DNA from: a virus
Taxonomy: Duplodnaviria; Caudoviricetes
Strand: one strand, 5' to 3'
Length of the DNA: 64,000 nt
Virus record (IMG/VR): IMGVR_UViG_3300020050_012045
Span: 1-64,000 of that record
Under the pieces are notes generated by a model, which saw nothing but the letters and a program-made list of their open reading frames with translations, did not search any database and was not told the origin of the DNA. This document shows positions 55,655 to 64,000 of the stretch, piece by piece; positions within the stretch are counted from its first letter, which is position 1; every line of letters starts with the position of its first letter. The position numbers and the translations under genes are program-made.

Positions 55655-56002
55655 ATGAGCGAAACAAGTTTCAAATTTGAAATTACCGAAGCTCGATCGG
55701 GTAAAGTTGTCGATCATTGGGTTTGCAAGACCCGTACGCCAGAAACCACAATTGACGAGACGCGATTACTTTATATGGTAAAGAGTCGAACAACGTTCAT
55801 TCACACATGCCGACTGGTCTCTGACCTTGAGACGGTTGATATGTACTGGATGGTCGATCCAATGGGACGAATGACGCATTATTTCAGAAAGTTGGCTGCT
55901 AGCGCTCCTGAATCAGGCACTTGCCCAACTTGCGGTGATCGTGGTAGCTTTATACGCATGGCTTTAACCTGTCCAACACACGGAGTTTTCGGTGGCTGCT
56001 AA
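55655..56002 (+). CDS. hypothetical protein with C-terminal Zn ribbon
   Basis: CPTC...CPTH..FGGC. Confidence 0.65.
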   Translation: MSETSFKFEITEARSGKVVDHWVCKTRTPETTIDETRLLYMVKSRTTFIHTCRLVSDLETVDMYWMVDPMGRMTHYFRKLAASAPESGTCPTCGDRGSFIRMALTCPTHGVFGGC

Positions 56003-58230
56003 GACTTGTGAATACGTGACCCATTGGGGCGGTCGACGACCAGAAGACGAGTGCGGAGAGCCACGTGTTGAAGGCTTGGTTGTCTGCCTCAGGCATGCAT
56101 CCAAAGACTCGCTATACTTAGTGATTCAGGACCAGGCCAAGGAGCTTGAGCGTCTGAAACGGGAGTCGCAGGAGATTCAAGAACACTTTCGTGAAGCTAC
56201 AAAAAAGTTTGGATGGCGGTGACAGTATGAGACGCTATCTGGAGATTCCAAAATGAAGGCATCTGATGTTTGGTTTCATGTATTGACAGTAGACGAGGCA
56301 CCGCAAGTTGTCTTGGGCTTCCGTTGGTTCGACGAGGAAAGGGGAGAGTTGTTTGCTCACCTTCATGTGCCGTTAGCGAATTTTCAATTGGACTGCCTAT
56401 TAACGCAAGGGCCCATTCCATGTGTTTCTGGGAAAATTAAACAACCTGCCCCTGAGACTAGGGGTGAGTATGTGGAATCAACTCGAAATGAGCTTCGCCT
56501 CTGGCTGGACAGAGATGAGCTTGGGACTATCCGTCTCAAGGTAATTGACCTGATTAGTCGTCATGAATTTTCTGTTGTGTTTCCTGGTCATGGACTTTTC
56601 ACTGGATTTTTTTCTGAGCTTTGCCAATCACGTAGTCCAAGAGGATTTTGCTCCTTGCCTGACCTTACTAAGTTCTTGGTTGGTGAAGCATGAGCCTACC
56701 CGCCCTGTTCATCATTCTCTGTCTTAGCGCAATGCTGCTGGGTGTAATCTGGTTTGGTGTGACGACTTGGCAGTCACCAGCTACGGCAAACGAATTTGAT
56801 CTCGAACCGTTCTTTGCTGAAGACGCCAAGCGAAAGAAAGTCACATCCAACTTAAAAACCTGGAAGACGGATGGCGTCACTAAGCTGGTTTACGTTGACG
56901 ACGGTAGTCAGCACAAAGGTTTGGCCCGTCTCATTTGGGAGAAAGACTTCTTCACCCTGGTTGAACTTCCCGATGGGACAGAATACATCCTTCTCAGGGG
57001 TGAATACACCCATACCATCTACCCGAGAAAGCAAGAGCCAGCCCCGGAGGTCACAAATAAGTCAGTCGCAAAACAAGTCGATGAAGTGTGCAAGCTGGTC
57101 CAGGAAGTGCTCAATGATGACTCAGCACGTGAAGTTCGCTGGACACCCACTCCTCAGCCAACTAACCCGCTGTACGTCTGTCCGGTACAGTGGTGTAAAT
57201 CGCAATGGGATTGGAGCTTGGCACAGTGCTCTGGGTGTGGTACTACTTTGGCATGGATATTTAAAATGCAATCTGAAGGCGCTGATGGCGAGCTGCTGGT
57301 TAAGCGACCAAGCATGAATAAAGTTATCAAGGAGATGAAGTGAGCGCATTTGAGGGATATCTTTTGGGGTTAGCTGTTGTAATGTTTTTGGCAAAATTTG
57401 CCGTTTGTGTCATTCAAGCGGAAAACGGCGGATTGAACGAGGCGCCTGGCCCTTTCTTCGTCTTGTTTTTGATGTTTGTGATGATTGACGTGCCGTTAGC
57501 AATTGTCGCGACCCAGAATGTAAATCTTGTTCGGGTGCAACGATGAGTAAGGATTGCATCTACATGGTCTTTGCTGTAACCGAGCTGAAGAGTCGGTACG
57601 ACAAGCCTAGAAAAGGTAGTAATAGCAAGAGCACTTTTGTTGGTTTGTTTTCGGACAAAGCTACAGTGAAAAAACTATTAAAGACCAACCCCAACCCAGA
57701 ATGCTCTCACTACCACGTATCCTGGTGCTGGCTAGATAGCCATTGCCCAGACCCAACCGACTGGATTGTTACTAAAGATGGAGAGTGGATTTGAAAAAGA
57801 CTAAGTGGCGAGTTGGTGGCGGCGTTCACGCCAGTACATATCTTGGCGAAGTAGAAGCAGCGACGGCCAAAGAGGCGATTGAAGAAGCTTGGAAGATCGC
57901 ATTTGTGTCAGTTTGTCACCAATGCAGTAGCGACGTATCGGATCCTGAGGTGACATCAATCTGGGTTGAAAATGAAGACACCGGCGAATATTCAGAAAGT
58001 GGTGACGAATGAAAGATTACAATAAAATACCAATGAAAGATTACAATAAAATTTCATTTAAGTTTGTCTGGGTAGTGAACACTTATTATCAGTTTGACGG
58101 ACGTTGCGATCATCCCCCCGAAGCGGTCTTCACCAGTAAAGAAGCGGCATTGGCATATTGTGAGGAAAGAGGATATCACGGAATGGGACAGAATGCTCCC
58201 AACATTACCAAACTGAGAGTTCAGGAATGA
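55992..58230 (+). CDS. Run of small coupled hypothetical ORFs (55992-56222, 56253-56693, 56690-57343, 57340-57546, 57543-57794, 57785-58012, 58009-58230)
   Basis: Head-to-tail ORFs with ATGA/GTGA overlaps; two have TM segments. Confidence 0.65.
58008..58052 (+). repeat. 21-bp direct repeat, 24-bp period (MKDYNKIP-MKDYNKI)
   Basis: AATGAAAGATTACAATAAAAT at 58008 and 58032. Confidence 0.9.
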
Positions 58231-58640
58231 AACTAATCATTGCAGGACTTCGTGACTATACGCCGACTGACTCCGAAATGGACGAAGCGGTCAAGTTTGC
58301 GTTAGGCGAGACATACAAGTGGGGCAAGCCTTCGGCGGTCACCGAGGTTGTAAGTGGCAAAGCTTCCGGGGTTGATGCCGCTGGGGAAGCTTGGGCTAAG
58401 CGCAACAATTTGCCAGTCAAAGACTTTCCTGCTGACTGGGACAAGCACGGTAAGGCGGCTGGACCAATCCGCAACCGAGAGATGGCCAAGTACGGCGATG
58501 TTCTAGTTGCTTTTTGGGACGGAAACAGTAAAGGTACTGGGAGCATGATCAAAGAGATGAACGGGTTGGCAAAGCAGGTCTACATCTTTAAGCCTAAGGC
58601 TAAACAAGCGGACATTCCTAAGCCTCGGACCGGCTTATGA
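58227..58640 (+). CDS. YspA/DUF2493-like SLOG family protein
   Basis: IIAG.RDY, VVSG.A.GVD, FPADW..HGKAAGPIRN..MA, AFWDG.SKGT..MI. Confidence 0.88.
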   Translation: MKLIIAGLRDYTPTDSEMDEAVKFALGETYKWGKPSAVTEVVSGKASGVDAAGEAWAKRNNLPVKDFPADWDKHGKAAGPIRNREMAKYGDVLVAFWDGNSKGTGSMIKEMNGLAKQVYIFKPKAKQADIPKPRTGL

Positions 58641-60087
58641 GCGACAAGCTCCCTAAAGTGTACGAAGAGATTGGGGCGCGCTTCAACGGATACGAGTGGG
58701 AGGCGTGTTTTGATGTCGTGGATCCAGTAAAGATCATGAGGCGACTAAAGAGAACTGGCGCAGACATCAAAAGTGTGGTTATTGACTACCGTTATCAGCC
58801 GCTGACGTTTCAGGGAATATGCATTGTTGAAATGGTCCCCGTTTATCCATATGTGACGACACGAATCACCTGGACAATGAATAAATGAGCGACAAAGACT
58901 TCATCTCCGATATCGATCTTAGTCGACTACAATTCCTCGCGGATGCAATTGTTTACGCTCCGAGCGAAGCTGAGCGGTTCAGTAAAACGATTATTGAGAA
59001 CGGTGAGCTTGAAGGGGAACTAGCAAGAGAAGTCGAACAATCGCTTCTTCGCTCCGCTAGTGACACTCGTCGGTTCGTATCTACCATTGCTATTAGTAAT
59101 GCATCAAAAGCCGACAGAGTTGCCGCATTCATGCTGTGTACGTCATTGGCCATAGTCCTTCCTGGGAGAATCTGAATGAAGATTACAGCCGAAGATTTCC
59201 AGTTGCTCATATGCGGCTTTCCTCCGTATGAGGCTATCTACTCCAGAGTTCATGCGTTCACGAAACATAACGACCTGTCAGTGTTTATAGAAGCTCTCAA
59301 GCAACACGATCAGGTGTTGAGAGACGCCGGGTGCACCAACGTTAGCTTGGAAGCTGTTGATTACGGCAGCAGTAACGTGCACCTAGCTATATATGGTCGG
59401 CGCCAGGCTACCGAGAGCGAGCGACTCGCTAAAGAAGACTTAGAGCGAAATATGCAGCAAGCCAAAAGGGCTAAGCTTAGGGAAGATCTATTTCGCTACC
59501 AAAAGCGGATTGAAGACATCAAGCGCGAACTGGGGGACGAATGAAGGTTTACATCCTTTACGGCACCAGATGGGATACCGATTACGATCCTATAGACACT
59601 CTCGGGGTTTATTCTACTTACCAGAAGGCTTTATTGGCTGGTAACAAGTGGTTTCTTGGATACAGCGGATGGAAAGTGAATGACGATCTGAGAAACACCA
59701 AAATCAAAGAGATGCATGATAACTCCCCAGGGCTAAAGAAGCTTAAATTCAAGGAGCTTGAGCCAATTGTGTTGAACGTAGCCGGCCCGTATGTTCCAAT
59801 GCCAGAAAGAATGTGGGAACACAACTTTGACATTTTGGAGATCGAAGAAATGGAGGTCGACGGTGAATAAGTGGACTTGGTTGGAAGAGGCACGCGGACT
59901 AGCCAGAATGGTTGGCGACACCGGATCGGTTAGCGGCAAGGACTTCAGAATTGCTGTTCAGGTGATTGATAAGCTGATTGAGAAGTATTTAGAATACAGG
60001 AATGATGACCTTTCGGATTGTAGCGCTCATGATGCTGAAGCAGCGATACGAGACGATCTCCGTGAATTTACGGACAAACTCCGATGA
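58637..60087 (+). CDS. Run of small hypothetical ORFs (58637-58888, 58885-59175, 59176-59544, 59541-59870, about 59863-60087)
   Basis: Head-to-tail coupled ORFs. Confidence 0.65.
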
Positions 60088-60518
60088 GTATCTTATCAGT
60101 CTACTGCGACGGCTCTTCCCACGCCAAAGGCGGACTACCAATCGGCTGGGCGTTCTGCCTAGTGGTTGACAACCAGCTTTGGTATGCTAGTACCGGATGC
60201 TCTGAGTCTGGAACCAACAACGTAGCAGAGTTGACCGCTGCTATTGATGGCTTGGAAGCGGCTAAGCAGTTCCGCAAGGAAGGTCAATTAGTGGAACTGG
60301 TGTCTGACAGCCAGTACACACTAGGCAGCGCTACTGGGGCTTACGTAGCTGTCAAGAACGTTGAGTTGGTGCAGCGGCTTCAGGCCCTTTACAAGGAAGT
60401 ATGTTGGCGGACGAGGTGGGTCAGAGGGCACGATGGTGATGAGTTCAACGAGATGTGTGACGGACTAGCTAAGGCCGCCAAGCAAGCGACAGTTGACTCG
60501 CTTAAGGTGAAGAAATGA
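60084..60518 (+). CDS. rnhA: Ribonuclease HI
   Basis: YCDGS, TNNVAEL, SDSQY, WVRGH, NEMCDGLA. Confidence 0.94.
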   Translation: MSILSVYCDGSSHAKGGLPIGWAFCLVVDNQLWYASTGCSESGTNNVAELTAAIDGLEAAKQFRKEGQLVELVSDSQYTLGSATGAYVAVKNVELVQRLQALYKEVCWRTRWVRGHDGDEFNEMCDGLAKAAKQATVDSLKVKK

Positions 60519-61097
60519 CGCCAACTATATGCTACATGATCGTGGAGAATTCTTCGTGTGAACCCGTGACAGCCTGCGTCTGTACAACGATGGAAATAGC
60601 TGAGCGAGAGCTAGAGAAGCTAGAAGCAGAGACTGTGAAAGAATTGGGTATACGAGAAAAACTTTACCACAAACCTTGGTGGGTAATTGAAGAATGTGCA
60701 CTATATACCGAATAAAGGTGAAGAAATGACTGACAGCGAAGCTTCTGGGTTAGTTTACGGTTCAGCAATCGTGCTGATGGGCTTAATGTTTGCAGTCCAT
60801 GATTGCCAAAACAACAGCATCCAGTCTGCTGAAGATACGCTCGCAGAAGCAAAGAAGAACCGGACAGAAGCCGAGGAGAAGGATATACACTGGGAACTGC
60901 TGAGGTGTAAAGCTAAGATGACCGAGAGCGTAGAGGTTGGCGGACTGAGTACGTTTTGCGCTTTCAAATACCAAGAGAACGTCACCAAAATGACCAAAGC
61001 TGGGTACGCAATGGAGAAGTTTGGCCCTGGGTACTGTAACACCAAATTTCTTGACTGCTACAGTGTGAGCTGGGCAGCGGTCACTGACTCAAAATGA
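60515..61097 (+). CDS. Two small hypothetical ORFs (60515-60715; about 60726-61097, with TM helix)
   Basis: Coupled ORFs. Confidence 0.6.
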
Positions 61098-61710
61098 TGT
61101 GATTGACCTGGATCTTGTCGGCAAGTGAGGTCACTAGCGGAAACAGCTTAGGATCAGAAAACCCGTCTACAGCGTTACGGTTCTCAGCTTCCTTAAAGTC
61201 TAACCACCAACTCTTACCCTCGCCTACATACCCAAAATACTGCTCACGGGTCAGACCCATCCGTTCAATCACGATTTGGGCTAGCCCCGAACCAAGAGCG
61301 TCAAGCACCTTGGCCATGTTCTTGAGATCGGTTGAGTTGCCACCGTCCAAGCCTTCAGCGATTGGCTCGTGAGCCATCAGGGTGGAGCGGGTGGTCATTA
61401 GGCGGACAGGGCATGCTTGGAGAAGGAAGAACCCGAACGAATAAGCTTTATGGTCAACCACACAGGTCAACTTGACCGTTTTAAGGGATTCGATGGTTTG
61501 AATCAGATTGAGACCGTTCTCAATCGAGCCGCCAGACGAGTTGATCTTGAGCCAAACGTCAGTTCGACCTGACTTTTCATAAATCACCAGCTGCTCACGA
61601 ACTGCCATCACCTCCTCTAGCCGGAATGTCCGTAGTTCGATCATGACGGCGTTATCGGACGGGGCAACAAATGGCAGGGCGGCAAAGATGAGTGGTAGTA
61701 AAAACAACAT
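61081..61710 (-). CDS. ClpP/S14-S49-like protease with N-terminal signal-like peptide
   Basis: INSSGGSI, AYSFGF, LMAHEP, AVDG; hydrophobic N-terminus; SD AGGAG and GCTACTA at 61728-61734. Confidence 0.8.
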   Translation of the reverse strand: MLFLLPLIFAALPFVAPSDNAVMIELRTFRLEEVMAVREQLVIYEKSGRTDVWLKINSSGGSIENGLNLIQTIESLKTVKLTCVVDHKAYSFGFFLLQACPVRLMTTRSTLMAHEPIAEGLDGGNSTDLKNMAKVLDALGSGLAQIVIERMGLTREQYFGYVGEGKSWWLDFKEAENRNAVDGFSDPKLFPLVTSLADKIQVNHIILSQ

Positions 61711-61719
61711 GAAAACTCC

Positions 61720-61748
61720 TTGATAATTAGTAGCTTTTTAGATAGGCT
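61720..61748 (+). promoter_or_regulatory. sigma70-like promoter, leaderless geometry
   Basis: TTGATA-N17-TAGGCT-N6-ATG(61755). Confidence 0.7.
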
Positions 61749-61754
61749 ACGCGG

Positions 61755-62357
61755 ATGAGTGACTTTGTGGCTTCGCGGTATGTGGTCAGAAAAGATTACG
61801 AATACGGTGAATTTGTCATCGGAAACAACGGGTACTTCTCTGTTATCTCGTCCTATGGCAATTGGGCGTACAAGTGGTGCGGGCCCGGGATGGAGTTTAA
61901 GAATTTCCTGTGCAAACTCGACAATGAATACGTGATGTGTAAGCTGGGGAAACAGGAGCACTACAACTCAACAGCCACGCTAAAGTCCTTCGAGCAACTA
62001 CTTAAGAATTTCGATATCCCAGATGAGAAATGCAAGGAAGTGCTCAATGACGTTTCCGAAGATTATTGCTCATTTGACACCGAGCAGGACTTTGAGCTTT
62101 TCTACAGTGACTACATAGATTCATGTATCCCAGAGCTGGACTATTACGACGTAGCGGGGTGCGTCGTAAAGACGTTTGGTAATCAGATGGAAGGGTTCAT
62201 GAAAGAAATCTGGCCGTTGTTTGTTGCTGAACTTAAGAAGGAATTGCTCCCTAAGGAGTCCCCATCGGAAGGGGTACTACCCTTGCCTCCGCGAGATGTA
62301 GTGTACAAAACCATTCTTGAGCGCTCCGAAGAAATCCAACGAGGAGACAAGAAATGA
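61755..62357 (+). CDS. hypothetical phage protein
   Basis: 200-aa ORF after promoter. Confidence 0.7.
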   Translation: MSDFVASRYVVRKDYEYGEFVIGNNGYFSVISSYGNWAYKWCGPGMEFKNFLCKLDNEYVMCKLGKQEHYNSTATLKSFEQLLKNFDIPDEKCKEVLNDVSEDYCSFDTEQDFELFYSDYIDSCIPELDYYDVAGCVVKTFGNQMEGFMKEIWPLFVAELKKELLPKESPSEGVLPLPPRDVVYKTILERSEEIQRGDKK

Positions 62358-63445
62358 CCCCTGAATATCTGCGTAAGCTAGACGCGCTCGTTGACGAAGG
62401 TTTTCTCTCTAAGTCCGTAAAGGGCGATCTGGTGTCCTACAACTACACCAAGCGGTGTCAACATGAACGGCACTGGACGCCGCTGACCCTGAATGCTCGC
62501 GGAACCATCTATAATTCCAAGACTGGCCAGATTGTAGCCCGAGCATTCCCTAAGTTCTTTAACGAGTTCGAGCCAGAAGCCGCTAACATCAACTGGAACC
62601 AGGAGATCGTGTCGGTTGCGACTAAGGCCGATGGCTCCCTAGGGATCGGCTACGTAGACGGGGACGGGCAACTATCCATTACTACCCGTGGATCTTTCTA
62701 CTCTGAACAGGCTATCAAAGCTACCAAGATGATTCGGACGAAGTACAGACACACCCTATTCGGTAACGTAACCCCATTGTTTGAGATTATCTATCCAGAG
62801 AACCGGATAGTCCTGGACTACGGGACAGAAGAGAAACTGGTACTTCTGTCTGTTCTTAACTTAAACGGCGATGCAATGGATCATGCTTTCTGCGAGGAAT
62901 ACGCTGAAGCATGTGGTTTTGAACTAGCTAAGCAACACCCAGACAAGTACAGCTGGACCCGCCAGCAGTTCGTTGACTACGTTAACAGCTTACCTTGGAC
63001 CGAAGAGGGCCTAGTCATCCGGTTCGCTGATAATACTTCAGTCAAGGTGAAGAGCCCCGAGTACATGCGAGTAGCTAAGGCCAGAGCTAACCTGAACTAC
63101 CTATGGCTATGGGAGTGTGGTCGAACCAACTGGAAACAGGAGGTTCTGAAGCTCCCGGATGAATTGTGGCCAGAAGCAGACAAGCTGGGAGATGACATTG
63201 AAAACCTCATGGCTGACCTGATCGCTAAATGCCTTTTGTTGCGGGGGCAGTTAGATTTGATTGGCGAAACAGACCGCAAGGTATATGCTGAGAAAGTGAA
63301 GAAAGCTCCAGACTTCTACCAGAAGTTCTTGTTCAAGATGTTTCCGCTTACGGGCTGGTTAGAGGGAGCGCTTGACATGGCCTGGAAAGCTTGTCGACCA
63401 GTTGGCGGTAAGTTGCCTGAAATTCAAGATATAGGAGTGAAGTAA
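62354..63445 (+). CDS. RNA ligase 1 (T4 RnlA family)
   Basis: YNYT, ARG, FPKFFN, motif I KADGS, TRGSF, FEII.P.NRIV.DY, EGLV, VKVKS..Y. Confidence 0.92.
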   Translation: MTPEYLRKLDALVDEGFLSKSVKGDLVSYNYTKRCQHERHWTPLTLNARGTIYNSKTGQIVARAFPKFFNEFEPEAANINWNQEIVSVATKADGSLGIGYVDGDGQLSITTRGSFYSEQAIKATKMIRTKYRHTLFGNVTPLFEIIYPENRIVLDYGTEEKLVLLSVLNLNGDAMDHAFCEEYAEACGFELAKQHPDKYSWTRQQFVDYVNSLPWTEEGLVIRFADNTSVKVKSPEYMRVAKARANLNYLWLWECGRTNWKQEVLKLPDELWPEADKLGDDIENLMADLIAKCLLLRGQLDLIGETDRKVYAEKVKKAPDFYQKFLFKMFPLTGWLEGALDMAWKACRPVGGKLPEIQDIGVK

Positions 63446-64000
63446 TGCAGGAAAATATTGAATCCCTCAACCTTCGGATCGAAACATTGAGCAACCGTCT
63501 TTCTTCAGAGAAGGATCCAGCACAGAAAGAGAATCTTGAAATCTCATTGATGCTGCTCATTGACCGTTTAGAGCGGGCTACCAAGCGGGAAAAGAATCGC
63601 AAACGTGTAAAAGACATTCGGCAGCAACGTGTAGGTCGCGTCACCAAGCTTGGGACATTTGAGGTCACAGGAGATGAGCTTCGTGTCACCGATCCTTGTT
63701 ACAGCAAGGACACTACTGGGTGTGCCGGAACTCTGGAGAACCCAGCCAAGGGCACGTGGCATGCCTACATTCAGTACCAAGACGAAGGGCCTGATTGGGG
63801 TGTTCGTAACTCCACGATTTTTGCTGTTCATGAATCCTGCTCCCAAAAGCTGAAGTTTGAGCATGGGTGGTTGTATCAGAATCACATGAGCAGCCTTTCT
63901 GGCATTGACGTTGGCGTCGATTCTGGGACTGCTGGGATTTTTGACGACTCGAAGTATCCTGACAACCCTCACGAAGAGAGGGAAGATGACGACCAGGGGT
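63445..64000 (+). CDS. DUF4241-like protein (3' truncated, absent from ORF track)
   Basis: Open from ATG 63445 to window end; LRVTDPCY and GVDSGTAGIFD motifs. Confidence 0.7.
   Translation, partial: MQENIESLNLRIETLSNRLSSEKDPAQKENLEISLMLLIDRLERATKREKNRKRVKDIRQQRVGRVTKLGTFEVTGDELRVTDPCYSKDTTGCAGTLENPAKGTWHAYIQYQDEGPDWGVRNSTIFAVHESCSQKLKFEHGWLYQNHMSSLSGIDVGVDSGTAGIFDDSKYPDNPHEEREDDDQG

Noticed and set aside
1-64000. Stop-codon reassignment
   Set aside because: Standard code gives dense, full-length genes using TAA, TGA and TAG stops

Overview
A 64-kb segment of a large lytic tailed phage (myovirus-type, standard genetic code, no CRISPR array, integrase or rRNA seen). The + strand carries replication, nucleotide-metabolism and host-takeover genes: SbcC/gp46-like ATPase, endonuclease VII, class II RNR with an intein, HNH endonuclease, dUTPase, T5 A1-like nuclease, TnpB, DnaE, SSB, RecA/UvsX, primase, DnaB, ClpP, peptide deformylase, Dda-like helicase, RNase H, RNA ligase and many small ORFs. 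The - strand carries virion and lysis genes (lysozyme, tail fibre, tube-like, Kelch and baseplate J proteins, spike, hub, tape measure, chaperones, MuF, neck), split into blocks interleaved with + strand cassettes. The most striking signal is regulatory. Three recurring promoter-like motifs are visible: sigma70 TTGACA-N17-TAnnnT, GCTAYTA and CAATCTT, and many lie about 6 nt before an ATG with no Shine-Dalgarno, implying widespread leaderless mRNAs. Separate sigma region-2-like and region-4-like genes suggest a split sigma factor, and the region-4 gene is translationally coupled to a transposase-less TnpB with an altered RuvC site. Convergent gene blocks overlap at their stop codons with no room for terminators, and a degenerate tRNA-like RNA has its own promoter. 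All calls come from reading motifs by eye; no database searches were run.
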